Positions 28,363-38,385 of a stretch of 64,000 nucleotides of DNA are shown in pieces; the stretch's first letter is position 1; each line of letters opens with the position of its first letter. This stretch comes from a virus, in the IMG/VR virus record IMGVR_UViG_3300020472_001862, positions 96,001 through 160,000 of that record, one strand, 5' to 3'. The translations under genes were made by a program, and so were the position numbers. The notes beneath the pieces are model-generated. The model saw only the letters and a program-made list of their open reading frames with translations, searched no databases and was not told the DNA's origin.

Positions 28363-30858
28363 ATGAATTTTTATACTTATGCAAGACATTATGGAAATGA
28401 CATACTTTTCCGTGGTGTAAAAGACGGTAAGCGATTTACTGCAAGGCGTGGATTCCAACCTACTCTATTTGTTAAGAGTCAAGAAAAATCTAAATACAAA
28501 AGCATTTTTGGTGAGAATGTCTCGCCTATGAAATTCCCTACAAACAAGGAGGCAACCGCCTTCTTTGACAGTTACAAAGATGTAGATAATTTTCCAATAT
28601 TTGGACAAAATTATTACGCATACCAATATATCACCGAGAACTATCCTGGTGAGATTCAATGGGATGCTAATAAAATGGCAATCTATTCTATCGATATAGA
28701 AACAACATCGGAAGGTGGATTTCCAAATGTAGACTCCCCTAGTGAGAAAGTTCTAGTTATCACACTTCAAAACAACAACACCAAGAAGATAACAACTTTT
28801 GGCCTAGGGGAGTTTACTCCTACAAAAGAAACATCTCACCTAGATATTGATTATCATGGCTTTGATACAGAAGAACAGTTATTAGAAAATTTCCTCACTT
28901 GGTGGCAGGAAAACTGTCCTGATATTATTACAGGTTGGAACAGTAATTTATTTGATATGCCTTATCTTATTACAAGAGTTCAACGAGTATTAGGTGAGGA
29001 TGAACATAAAAGATTCTCGCCTTTTAAGTTAATTAACAAACGCCCTATTAGATTTGCTAATCGTGAGATGACAGCATTCGAGATTACAGGTGTAGCACAA
29101 TTAGACTATTTAGATCTATATAAGAAGTTTACTTATGTGACTCGAGAGTCATACAAACTAGACTTTATTGCAGAAACAGAACTAGGCAAAAACAAACTAG
29201 AGTCTGGTTTTGACACATTTAAAGAGTTTTATGACGGGGATTGGAATAGGTTTGTAGAATATAATATTATTGATACAGTTATTGTCGACGAACTAGAAGA
29301 CAAGATGAAACTTATTGAACTTGCTATTACAATGGCCTATGACGCTAAGTGTAATTATAATGATGTATTCTCAGCTGTTAGAACCTGGGATAGTTTATTA
29401 TATAATCATCTATGGGAAAAGGATATTGTTATTCACCAGGGTGGTGGTAGAAAGGATAGACAAATAGAAGGTGCCTTTGTACAAGAACCTGTTCCTGGAA
29501 GTTATGAATGGGTAGCTAGTTTTGATGCTACAAGTCTATATCCTAGTATTCTAATGCAACACAATATGAGTCCTGAGACTATTGTTCCTGGATTTAAATA
29601 TGATGTTAGTGTTGACGATCAACTGGACAGATATCAGTTGGACAAGTTAAAGGAAAAGAACTACACTATGGCAGGTAATGGTTCCTGCTATACAAGAGAA
29701 AAGAAAGGCCTGTTCCCTGAGATTGTACAAAAGTTTTTTAATGATAGATTAAAATATAAGAAGTTAATGCAGAAGGCACAGAAAGATTTCCAAGAAACAG
29801 GTGCCCTACATCACAAGAACGAGATAAGTAAATATAATAATTTTCAGATGGCTCGTAAGATTCAATTAAACAGTTTATATGGTGCCCTGGCTAATCAGTA
29901 TTTTAGATTCTATGATGATAGAATTGCAGAAGGTATTACAATGTCAGGACAATTAGTTATCCGAGATACAGCTAAGGCCTTGGACAAGTATATGAACAAA
30001 GTATGTGGCACAGAAGATGAGATGTATTCCTTTTATAGTGATACTGACTCTTGTTATGTTACATGTAAGAATTTGGTAGACAACTTCTTCCCTGACAAAG
30101 ATGTAGATAAGGTTGTAGGTCTGTTAGATAAAATAGGCACAGAGAAAATAGAACCTGCTATTGCACAGGCAATGACAAAGTTAGGTAACTATACTAATGC
30201 CTTTGAACATAAGATAGACTTTAAGCGTGAGGTTATCGCAGATAAAGGTGTGTTTGTAGCTAAGAAAAGATATGCCTTAAATGTATTAGATGATGAAGGA
30301 CTAAGACTAAAAGATCCTAAACTAAAGGTTATGGGTTTAGAAATTGTAAGGTCCTCGACTCCTGCTCCTATTCGAGATAGTTTGAAAGAGGCAGTTCGTC
30401 TTATTCTTACAAGTGATGAAGAACATCTACAGAAATATATTGCTGAGGCACAAAAACATTTTAATACATTAACAGCAGAAGATATTGCTTTCCCTCGAGG
30501 ATGTAATAATCTTAAGAAATACACATCTACAGCAGATGTATATCAGAAAGGCACACCTATACATGTTCGTGGCTCTTTACTGTATAATAAGCTCTTAAAA
30601 GACAAAAGTTTGAACCTTAAGTATGAGAATATACAAGAAGGTGACAAGATTAAGTTCCTTTATTTGAAGGAGCCTAATAGTTTACATGAGAATACGATTG
30701 CCTTTGTAACTAAACTTCCTAAGGAGTTTGAGATAACAAAGTATGTAGACTATGATTTAATATTTCAGAAAGCATTTATTGATCCTTTAGAAAACATTCT
30801 AAAACCTATAGGCTGGAATACAGAACCACAAGCAACATTGGAGGACTTGTTTAGATGA
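28363..30858 (+). CDS. 43: family B DNA polymerase, T4 gp43
   Basis: DIET, GWNS..FD, SFDATSLYPS, KIQLNSLYG, YSDTDS, KKRY, C-terminal clamp-binding LEDLF. Confidence 0.98.
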   Translation: MNFYTYARHYGNDILFRGVKDGKRFTARRGFQPTLFVKSQEKSKYKSIFGENVSPMKFPTNKEATAFFDSYKDVDNFPIFGQNYYAYQYITENYPGEIQWDANKMAIYSIDIETTSEGGFPNVDSPSEKVLVITLQNNNTKKITTFGLGEFTPTKETSHLDIDYHGFDTEEQLLENFLTWWQENCPDIITGWNSNLFDMPYLITRVQRVLGEDEHKRFSPFKLINKRPIRFANREMTAFEITGVAQLDYLDLYKKFTYVTRESYKLDFIAETELGKNKLESGFDTFKEFYDGDWNRFVEYNIIDTVIVDELEDKMKLIELAITMAYDAKCNYNDVFSAVRTWDSLLYNHLWEKDIVIHQGGGRKDRQIEGAFVQEPVPGSYEWVASFDATSLYPSILMQHNMSPETIVPGFKYDVSVDDQLDRYQLDKLKEKNYTMAGNGSCYTREKKGLFPEIVQKFFNDRLKYKKLMQKAQKDFQETGALHHKNEISKYNNFQMARKIQLNSLYGALANQYFRFYDDRIAEGITMSGQLVIRDTAKALDKYMNKVCGTEDEMYSFYSDTDSCYVTCKNLVDNFFPDKDVDKVVGLLDKIGTEKIEPAIAQAMTKLGNYTNAFEHKIDFKREVIADKGVFVAKKRYALNVLDDEGLRLKDPKLKVMGLEIVRSSTPAPIRDSLKEAVRLILTSDEEHLQKYIAEAQKHFNTLTAEDIAFPRGCNNLKKYTSTADVYQKGTPIHVRGSLLYNKLLKDKSLNLKYENIQEGDKIKFLYLKEPNSLHENTIAFVTKLPKEFEITKYVDYDLIFQKAFIDPLENILKPIGWNTEPQATLEDLFR

Positions 30859-31433
30859 TTAAAAGTTTTTGGCCTAATGAGTGGCCGTTTGAACAAATTG
30901 TAAGTCAGTTACCTGATAAAGGTAATCTAATTGAAATAGGAACTTATTTAGGTAAATCTGCTATAGCATGGGCTGATGAGTTTAACAAAGCAGATAAAGA
31001 TTGGAATATTCATACTATTGATTCCTTTAGTGGTATTCCTAATGTTTGGAGTGAAGACAATCCTAACATAGAATTTTTCAAGAGCTTAGTAATAAGTGGA
31101 GAGGAACAATTAAAACAGTTTAAGGAAAATATAGAAGGTAAAGATAACATTACATGGGAAAAAATATTTTGGACACCAGATTACAAAACAGATGAATGGT
31201 ATGATGTTTTATTTTATGATGGCGCTCACGGATATGGAAACTGTAAACAAGCATTAGAATATTGGGTAGACAGAACAGAATGTATGGTTATAGATGATTA
31301 CGAAGCAATGTTTCCAGGTACAATGAAGGCAGTAGATGAAGTATATGCTTCTATGAGAGATCCTAAAGAGTTTGAACAAATTTGTGTTGAAGGAAAACAA
31401 ATAGCAGTAATTTGGAGTATAAAAATACCATGA
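30855..31433 (+). CDS. class I SAM methyltransferase (Methyltransf_24-like)
   Basis: IEIGTYLGKSA, TIDSF, FYDGAH, IDDY. Confidence 0.85.
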   Translation: MIKSFWPNEWPFEQIVSQLPDKGNLIEIGTYLGKSAIAWADEFNKADKDWNIHTIDSFSGIPNVWSEDNPNIEFFKSLVISGEEQLKQFKENIEGKDNITWEKIFWTPDYKTDEWYDVLFYDGAHGYGNCKQALEYWVDRTECMVIDDYEAMFPGTMKAVDEVYASMRDPKEFEQICVEGKQIAVIWSIKIP

Positions 31434-31600
31434 AAAATAAAGACGAAAGAGATAGCCACTTCATATATAGCATATGGAAAAGTGGTTTTAGAGTAGGCGG
31501 TTGTGTGATACCATTTGTATTCATGGAACCATGGGCATGGCAAGTATTTTTAGGAGCATTTTTTGTTGCTGAAATACTAGGAATTATTGAGGAGATATAA
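31430..31600 (+). CDS. small membrane protein
   Basis: HF..SIWKSGFR, two hydrophobic segments, AEILGIIEE. Confidence 0.6.
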   Translation: MKNKDERDSHFIYSIWKSGFRVGGCVIPFVFMEPWAWQVFLGAFFVAEILGIIEEI

Positions 31601-31788
31601 TGGGAACAAGAGCGTGGTATAAAAAAGGCATAAATGCTAGAAGGGAGGGTGCTTTAGAAAGACTTAGAGCATCTAAATTTACACCAAAAATTGTAAAAGG
31701 AAAAGAACGCAATGAAAAGAACTGGACAAAGAAGAAAGAGGAACAAATTGAAACTCTTGAATCCAGAATTAGAGGGACACAAAGTTAA
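31600..31788 (+). CDS. small basic hypothetical protein
   Basis: GAGGAG RBS, TAATG coupling. Confidence 0.65.
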   Translation: MGTRAWYKKGINARREGALERLRASKFTPKIVKGKERNEKNWTKKKEEQIETLESRIRGTQS

Positions 31789-31836
31789 GTTTCAATATAA
31801 GAAACTTTTAGATCAACAAAAAGAGATCGACGAACA

Positions 31837-32598
31837 ATGGAAACGAATACAAAAATTGCAATTATCGGATACGGATTTGTAGGTAAAGCTACAGAATATT
31901 TTCTAAAGGAAAAATTTGAAGAACCTTTAGATGTTTTTATTCACGATCCTGACTTAGGTTACAATGTAAGTAATTGGGCAGAAATAGATTACGCATTTAT
32001 TTGTGTTCCAACTAACCTAAAGAACGGAACTTTAGACACTTCTATTATAGATAATATACTATCAGAACTTTACATAGGAGTACAACCTATTATTAGGAGT
32101 ACAATAGGTCCTGATCAAGCTATTCAATATGCTAATAGAGGATTAATTATAATGCCAGAATTCTTGAGAGAGAAACATTGGAAAGAAGATGTTGATAATG
32201 AACATATCGATCTTTTAATTGGTTGTTATAATTGTGATCCTTTTGTTGATCTAATGTCCCGAGGTAATAAATTTGTAAAACTAGTTACACCGGTACAGGC
32301 AAGTGCAATAAAAATGTTTAGGAATGCTGCACTGGCAGTTAAAGTAGGATTAGCAAATGACTTCAAAGCAATCTGTGATATTTATGATACTGACTATAAA
32401 GTTATACAGGATTTCTTAGAAGAGGATGCTAATTTAGGAGGAACACATTGGGCTGTTCCTGGTCCTGATGGACAAGAAGGTTTTGGTGGAACTTGTTTAC
32501 CAAAAGATTTGACACATGCTTCTTCCCTGTGCTACAATACAAATAATATAATGAATACGGCCTTGGAGGCTAATAAAAGTAGGAGAAAAGATGGGTAA
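31837..32598 (+). CDS. UDP-glucose/GDP-mannose dehydrogenase family (short form)
   Basis: IIGYGFVG, FICVPT, RST, PEFLRE, GFGGTCLPKD. Confidence 0.88.
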   Translation: METNTKIAIIGYGFVGKATEYFLKEKFEEPLDVFIHDPDLGYNVSNWAEIDYAFICVPTNLKNGTLDTSIIDNILSELYIGVQPIIRSTIGPDQAIQYANRGLIIMPEFLREKHWKEDVDNEHIDLLIGCYNCDPFVDLMSRGNKFVKLVTPVQASAIKMFRNAALAVKVGLANDFKAICDIYDTDYKVIQDFLEEDANLGGTHWAVPGPDGQEGFGGTCLPKDLTHASSLCYNTNNIMNTALEANKSRRKDG

Positions 32599-33661
32599 TC
32601 TATTAGAAAAATTACAAAAGAATTCCACTATTAGAGAAACAGAAATATTGACTGACTCTAAGTTTTTTAATGACAAAGACTTGATTCAGACATCTGTTCC
32701 AGCAGTTAATGTTGCTCTAAGTGGAAAATTAGATGGTGGACTTACACCAGGACTTACAGTATTTGCAGGTCCTAGTAAACACTTTAAAACAGCATTTGCT
32801 ATGTTGCTAATTAAAGCACACCAGGAGAAATATCCAGAAGGTGTTGTTTTATTTTATGATAGTGAGTTTGGTGCACCTAAGTCTTATTTTGAGACATTTG
32901 ATATTGATACTAGCAAGGTAATACATACACCTATTGCAGATATTGAACAACTTAAACATGATATAATGCAACAGTTAAATGGTGTTGAACGAGGTGATAA
33001 TATTATGATTGTTGTAGACTCTGTTGGTAACTTAGCTTCTAAGAAAGAAGTAGAAGATGCCTTAGAAGGTAAAAGTGTAGCAGATATGACAAGGGCTAAA
33101 CAAATGAAGTCCTTATTTAGAATGGTTACACCTCATTTAACAATTAAAGATATTCCTGCTATTGTTGTTAACCACACATATAAAGAAATAGGATTGTTTC
33201 CTAAAGATGTGGTTAGTGGTGGTACAGGTATTTACTATTCTGCAGATAATATTTTTATTATTGGTAGGCGACAACAAAAGACAGGAACAGAAGTTACAGG
33301 TTATGAATTTGTAATTAATGTTGAGAAGTCTAGGTTTGTTAGAGAGAAGTCTAAGATTCCTGTAGAAGTTACATGGGAGAATGGTATTAGTAAGTGGTCT
33401 GGTTTGTTAGACATGGGACTTGCTTCTGGACATGTAATTAAACCTAGTAACGGCTGGTATCAGAGAGTTGATATGGACACAGGTGAAGCTGTAGATCCTA
33501 AAGTAAGGGCTAAGGACTTAGCTAAAGACTTTTGGCTCCCAATACTTTCAGATCCTAGATTTGGTGAATGGGTTAAGAAACAGTATACAATCGGCTCTGT
33601 TGAAATGATGGCAGAAGAAATTAGTGATGAAGATATTCAAGAAGAATACGATAAAGTGTGA
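32591..33661 (+). CDS. uvsX: RecA-like recombinase UvsX
   Basis: NVALSG, AGPSKHFKT, YDSEFG, DSVGNLAS, DMTRAK, SGG.G. Confidence 0.97.
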   Translation: MGNLLEKLQKNSTIRETEILTDSKFFNDKDLIQTSVPAVNVALSGKLDGGLTPGLTVFAGPSKHFKTAFAMLLIKAHQEKYPEGVVLFYDSEFGAPKSYFETFDIDTSKVIHTPIADIEQLKHDIMQQLNGVERGDNIMIVVDSVGNLASKKEVEDALEGKSVADMTRAKQMKSLFRMVTPHLTIKDIPAIVVNHTYKEIGLFPKDVVSGGTGIYYSADNIFIIGRRQQKTGTEVTGYEFVINVEKSRFVREKSKIPVEVTWENGISKWSGLLDMGLASGHVIKPSNGWYQRVDMDTGEAVDPKVRAKDLAKDFWLPILSDPRFGEWVKKQYTIGSVEMMAEEISDEDIQEEYDKV

Positions 33662-33791
33662 TAGGTGTGAAAAACCTATAGACAAAAAAGATAAAGCATA
33701 TTGTTTTCATAATGACGATGAGGAGATTTATATTTGTGCTCCTTGTGTCGTCGAAGTGTATAATGATTATAAGCATGAGGTAAAGAAATAG
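33627..33791 (+). CDS. 54-aa C4 zinc-finger protein (not in ORF track)
   Basis: MKIFKKNTIKCDRCEK...IYICAPCVVEVY; stop abuts the gp41 ATG. Confidence 0.65.
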   Translation: MKIFKKNTIKCDRCEKPIDKKDKAYCFHNDDEEIYICAPCVVEVYNDYKHEVKK

Positions 33792-35165
33792 ATGTACAAT
33801 CTTGAAATTATTATTTTAACAAATTTGACTAAAGATGAAAACTTTACTAGAAAAGTTCTACCCTTTATTAGAGCAGATTATTTTGAAGACCAAGACAATG
33901 TTTTTGTATTCTTGGCGATTAAAGATTATATAGAAAAATACAATAAAACTCCTACACAAGAATCTTTACATATAGCAGCTCTAAATTCTAACGCTACACC
34001 TTCAGAAATAAAACAAGTAGATCTTATAATGGAAGGTTATAAAGATGATGATAAAGTAAATATAGAATGGCTCATTGATGAAACAGAAAAATGGTGTAAA
34101 GATAGGGCTGTTTATAATGCTATTATGGAGTCTATACAAATTATTGATGGTAAAACTCCAGATATAAGTGCTGATGCTTTACCTGATTTGTTGACTAAAG
34201 CATTACAAGTAGGATTTGATACTAATGTAGGACACGACTTTATAGAAGATGCCGACAAGCGTTTTGATTTTTATAATAGAGTAGAAAACAAAGTTCCTTT
34301 TGATCTCGAAATGTTTAATAAGATTACAGAAGGAGGACTATCTAATAAGACTCTTAACATAGCATTAGCAGGCACAGGTGTTGGTAAATCCCTGTTTATG
34401 TGTCATATGGCGTCAGCAGCTATTGCTAATGGACATAATGTACTCTATATTACAATGGAAATGGCAGAAGAAAGAATAGCAGAAAGAATAGATGCTAACC
34501 TAATGAATATTCCTATAATGGATTTGAAAGAAATGTCTAAGCCTATGTTCCAAGATAGAATAGGATTATTAAAAGATAAATTTGAAGGTAGATTAATTGT
34601 AAAAGAATATCCTACAGCATCTGCACATGCAGGACACTTTAAGGCTTTACTTAATGAACTTAAACTAAAAAGAAATTTCCATCCTAATATTATTTTTATT
34701 GACTATTTGAATATATGTTCTAGTAGTAGATTTAGGCCTGGTAGTAGTGCTAACTCTTATACAATTATTAAAAGTATTGCAGAAGAACTTAGAGGGTTAG
34801 CAGTAGAACAAGATGTTCCTATTGTTAGTGCTACACAAACAACAAGAGGAGGTTATGGAAACAGTGATGTTGACTTAACAGATACCTCAGAAAGTTTTGG
34901 ACTCCCGGCAACAGCAGACTTAATGTTTGCAATTATAAGTACAGAGGAGTTAGAACAACTAGGACAATTTATGATTAAACAGTTGAAAAACAGATACGCT
35001 GATCCTACAAGAAATAAAAGATTTATGATAGGTGTTGATCGTTCTAAGATGAAATTATATGATTTGGAAGATTCAGCACAACAGGCTATAACAGACTCGA
35101 ACATTGATGTTCCAGTATTTGACAGAGGACAATCGGAGACTCGATATGACGACCTTAAGTTTTAA
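33792..35165 (+). CDS. 41: replicative helicase, T4 gp41
   Basis: AGTGVGKS, ITMEM.EE, KEYPT, IDYLNI, ATQTTR, SESFG, QLKNRY. Confidence 0.97.
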   Translation: MYNLEIIILTNLTKDENFTRKVLPFIRADYFEDQDNVFVFLAIKDYIEKYNKTPTQESLHIAALNSNATPSEIKQVDLIMEGYKDDDKVNIEWLIDETEKWCKDRAVYNAIMESIQIIDGKTPDISADALPDLLTKALQVGFDTNVGHDFIEDADKRFDFYNRVENKVPFDLEMFNKITEGGLSNKTLNIALAGTGVGKSLFMCHMASAAIANGHNVLYITMEMAEERIAERIDANLMNIPIMDLKEMSKPMFQDRIGLLKDKFEGRLIVKEYPTASAHAGHFKALLNELKLKRNFHPNIIFIDYLNICSSSRFRPGSSANSYTIIKSIAEELRGLAVEQDVPIVSATQTTRGGYGNSDVDLTDTSESFGLPATADLMFAIISTEELEQLGQFMIKQLKNRYADPTRNKRFMIGVDRSKMKLYDLEDSAQQAITDSNIDVPVFDRGQSETRYDDLKF

Positions 35166-35895
35166 TGATATAGAATTTGATGTAATAGACAATGTCTTAG
35201 CAAAAAGATATTCTAAGTTCCTAATGGAAAACATAAACCAAAGTAAAGAGTTTTATTTCATGGGAGATAAATTGGATGAGATTCTATCTGAAATAGATAA
35301 AATTGTTTACATGTATGGCAAAGAGCCTACAAGAGACATGAATAAATTACATGATTATTTCGCAGATCATGAAGACGAACCTGAAATGAGTAGGCTGAAT
35401 AATCTTATTCATTATTATGAATTGTGTATAAACAATTTTCCTCCTCGATGGGGATATATGGTAGGCGATGCAACGATGGAATTGTTTCCTGCAGACTATG
35501 AACACTTTACACTATTAAGACAACCAGGCAGTCTTTATGTGAATTATCCTCATGTAGGAAAACACTTTGCTGAGATTGCTTATTCTAGAGATTATAGTAT
35601 TCAAGAACATCAATATATACCTCAAGATATATGTAGGCCAAGTTTCCATATATGGTTAGGAGATGAAATAACTGTTGAAATGTTGAATATTAATATAAAT
35701 TTATTGATTGATATTGCTCACGGAAAGCTACAAGATAGGCTAAATTTGCCTGATATTGACGATCCTGCTATGAGAATAGGGTATATTCCATTTGCCACAC
35801 TTAAAGATGATATAAATATAAATGAACTTACAAATCATCTTTTGAAGTGTAAGAGTAAATGTAAAAATCAATGGGAGTTATTTACAAATGGCTGA
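35146..35895 (+). CDS. hypothetical protein (paralog of 7698..8780)
   Basis: GGAG RBS before ATG 35146; MNKLHDYF, PGSLYVNYPHVGK, IGYIPFA. Confidence 0.72.
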   Translation: MTTLSFNDIEFDVIDNVLAKRYSKFLMENINQSKEFYFMGDKLDEILSEIDKIVYMYGKEPTRDMNKLHDYFADHEDEPEMSRLNNLIHYYELCINNFPPRWGYMVGDATMELFPADYEHFTLLRQPGSLYVNYPHVGKHFAEIAYSRDYSIQEHQYIPQDICRPSFHIWLGDEITVEMLNININLLIDIAHGKLQDRLNLPDIDDPAMRIGYIPFATLKDDININELTNHLLKCKSKCKNQWELFTNG

Positions 35896-36238
35896 CAGTA
35901 AATCAGAAGTAAATATTAGTTTAGAAGAATATGAAGCACTAAAGGCAGCAGCAGCGCCAGCCGAAGAGGAAGCACCATCTGGGAAACCTTGGTGGAGTGC
36001 ACCTGACGATAGAGGTTGGATTTGGATTGCACCTGAATATTTTAGTAGATGGAGATTATTTCCTCGTGCGTTTATTAGCATGTACATATATTTGTTATAT
36101 GAAGTAACAAACTGGTTCATGGCTTTACCTTCACCAGGAGCTGAACAAGCAGGTCTTGTTAGTGTAGTGGTTGGAGCTGGAGCAGCTTGGTTTGGCTTGT
36201 ATGTAAACAGTACTTCAACAGGACAGAGTAAAGAGTAA
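35888..36238 (+). CDS. two-TM membrane protein
   Basis: WRLFPR + TM + WFMAL..P + TM; TATAAATA at 35811. Confidence 0.72.
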   Translation: MADSKSEVNISLEEYEALKAAAAPAEEEAPSGKPWWSAPDDRGWIWIAPEYFSRWRLFPRAFISMYIYLLYEVTNWFMALPSPGAEQAGLVSVVVGAGAAWFGLYVNSTSTGQSKE

Positions 36239-36651
36239 TGCCTGAGGTAGTTTTATCAGATTTCTATATTGAGTTTATAGGGTTTTTACTCACCCTTATG
36301 ATAGGCCTTGCTATTAGAGACGCAGCTACATCTTTTGTTAAAGGTGCTAAGTTTAGATTTAACCCCGCCTTCCAGGAAGGTGATAAAGTTATACTAGATG
36401 GGCAACATGCCTTGATAGTTAAAATTGGAATGAGTGAAACAGTTTTTGGAATATATGGAGATGATGGTTATACATGGAGGTATGTTCCAAATGCTAGAAT
36501 AGAGTTTTTGAAGTTAGAGAAAATTGTTGATCCTGAGTTACATCGGGACACAGCACAAGAGAAGGCACAAAAATTAGTTGACGCTATGCAAGATGCCAAA
36601 ATTAAAACTAACGGAGAGGAAATTAATAAGTTAAAAAATGGAGAAAAGTGA
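36238..36651 (+). CDS. minimal MscS-like protein (TM plus beta domain)
   Basis: AIRDAATSFVKG..FQEGDKVILDG..IVKIG..T..VPN. Confidence 0.65.
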   Translation: MPEVVLSDFYIEFIGFLLTLMIGLAIRDAATSFVKGAKFRFNPAFQEGDKVILDGQHALIVKIGMSETVFGIYGDDGYTWRYVPNARIEFLKLEKIVDPELHRDTAQEKAQKLVDAMQDAKIKTNGEEINKLKNGEK

Positions 36652-36884
36652 TGCCCCCAAAATTCAAAAAGAGCCACAAGGAATATATTAAAGGTCCAGA
36701 CGGCAGATCAACAAAAAGAACTAGAATGAAGCACTATTATGTAGGGCAAACTTCAACTCAAGATTTAATAGATGCCATAAATAAAGGCAAACCAAAACAT
36801 CGTAATAAATTTATAAATGAATTAACAAGGCGAGGAGTGAAATTAGTATGGAAGACGAAAGACGAGATAGCAACGGAACAATAG
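36648..36884 (+). CDS. basic hypothetical protein
   Basis: Coupled ORF, K/R-rich. Confidence 0.65.
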   Translation: MMPPKFKKSHKEYIKGPDGRSTKRTRMKHYYVGQTSTQDLIDAINKGKPKHRNKFINELTRRGVKLVWKTKDEIATEQ

Positions 36885-37426
36885 GCGAAGGGCAAAAACC
36901 TGGAGCTTTAAAAATATATGATGGTGCATTAAGTGAAGACTTTTCCGATGATCTAATTGAAATATTCAACACAAACGAAAAAGCACATACAAGAAATCAA
37001 AACGATACTCTCAATTTCCTAGAGTATAATTATACTACAAATCACAAAGATGAAGATGTGCATAAAAGGCTCATGGAACATACAGGGCAACTCTACAAAC
37101 ATTACCTTGAAGATTTAGGCACAACTAATATGATTAAAGCATCAGGCTTTGAGGAAATTAAAATACACAAATATGAACAAGGCGTAGGATTCCACGATTT
37201 ACATATAGATGCAGTAGATTATGAAAGTGCTATTCGAGCAGTGGCTTTTACCTGGTTTCTTAATGAAACTGATGGCAATATAGATTATCCATTACAACGC
37301 ATAGGTATCGAGGCCCGTAAAGGTAGGGTAATTATTACCCCTGTATCGTGGGAATACGCTTCAAATAACCATATTTCCAAGGAATCTGACAAATATATTT
37401 TACAAACTTATCTACATTTAGCCTAA
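36848..37426 (+). CDS. 2OG-Fe(II) oxygenase-like protein
   Basis: IHKY..G..FHDLHID, R.VAF.WFLN, GRVII.P, DKYIL. Confidence 0.75.
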   Translation: MEDERRDSNGTIGEGQKPGALKIYDGALSEDFSDDLIEIFNTNEKAHTRNQNDTLNFLEYNYTTNHKDEDVHKRLMEHTGQLYKHYLEDLGTTNMIKASGFEEIKIHKYEQGVGFHDLHIDAVDYESAIRAVAFTWFLNETDGNIDYPLQRIGIEARKGRVIITPVSWEYASNNHISKESDKYILQTYLHLA

Positions 37427-37474
37427 GTTACTGATATAACAGACAAAAAGATTCAAAAGATTTACAGAAAAAGG

Positions 37475-37503
37475 TTGACATCTGGTCCTTTAGAGTGCAT
37501 AAT
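37475..37503 (+). promoter_or_regulatory. sigma70-type early promoter
   Basis: TTGACA-17-CATAAT, upstream A-tracts, AAGTGAGGA RBS. Confidence 0.87.
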
Positions 37504-37533
37504 AGTACTATAAACTAAAAAAGTGAGGAAAAT

Positions 37534-37896
37534 ATGTTAATAGTTGAAACCAAAACAAAAATCGAAATTAATGAAGTATGTGAATTATCACAAGATTCTT
37601 ATTACACTAGAAATCCTGAAGATTCAGCAGTTACTGGTGATATTGGACCTAACAGTCCAGAGTCAATTTTTGTTAAATCCGTTGAAATTATCAAATATGA
37701 AGATAAAGCAGATGGAGATGTTTGGTACCATGCTAAAGTAGAACATGATGGTATTTGGGAAATCTACACAGATACAGCAGTAGGCCCATTTATTGATCTA
37801 AAACTACAAAATGCAGGTCACAACTTTACACATGTAGATTTTTCAGAACAAGGTATGCAACAAAACGGTGTAGCAGACCTTGATTTAGTAGCTTAA
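37534..37896 (+). CDS. hypothetical early protein
   Basis: First ORF after the promoter; W.IYTD, FSEQGMQ. Confidence 0.75.
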   Translation: MLIVETKTKIEINEVCELSQDSYYTRNPEDSAVTGDIGPNSPESIFVKSVEIIKYEDKADGDVWYHAKVEHDGIWEIYTDTAVGPFIDLKLQNAGHNFTHVDFSEQGMQQNGVADLDLVA

Positions 37897-37914
37897 TTAG
37901 TTTAGGAGAACTTT

Positions 37915-38301
37915 ATGAGAACTTGGGAAGAATTATCAGAAAAAGAACAGTTACTGACTTATATCAGTGATGTTCATAAGGATGCTAGAGGTTTTAGGCC
38001 TCGTGGTATGTACAACGATTATTCGGTTCCAGAACTCAAGAAGGTTCTTGACGATCTTTCTGAGGAGGCTCATCAAGAGGCTCTTCGTATAGAGAGAATG
38101 GAAACTGAGAACTGGAAGGAGCTTAAGAAGCACCTTTCAGGTCTTGTGGATATGGGCGCTAAAAATTTCAAGCAAGCTCTTTCTTGGGATATTCAAGCCG
38201 AGGATTGTGAACATGAAGGCTGGACAGATTATGGCTTTTATTGTTACAAAAAAGGTATTGCGTATCGTAAGGAAAGGGTGCTAACTAGATTAGCAGCTTG
38301 A
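37915..38301 (+). CDS. hypothetical early protein
   Basis: AGGAG RBS; ISDVHKDARGFRPR. Confidence 0.75.
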   Translation: MRTWEELSEKEQLLTYISDVHKDARGFRPRGMYNDYSVPELKKVLDDLSEEAHQEALRIERMETENWKELKKHLSGLVDMGAKNFKQALSWDIQAEDCEHEGWTDYGFYCYKKGIAYRKERVLTRLAA

Positions 38302-38307
38302 TGCTTT

Positions 38308-38351
38308 TGGTCCTATTAGTGGTTGACATTTGCATTGAAAGAGTGCATAAT
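38308..38351 (+). promoter_or_regulatory. sigma70-type promoter with upstream TGGTCCTAT box
   Basis: TGGTCCTAT at 38308, then TTGACA(38323)-17-CATAAT. Confidence 0.82.
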
Positions 38352-38385
38352 GTTACTTATAAATTAGAAATGGAGAAACGCTGTT

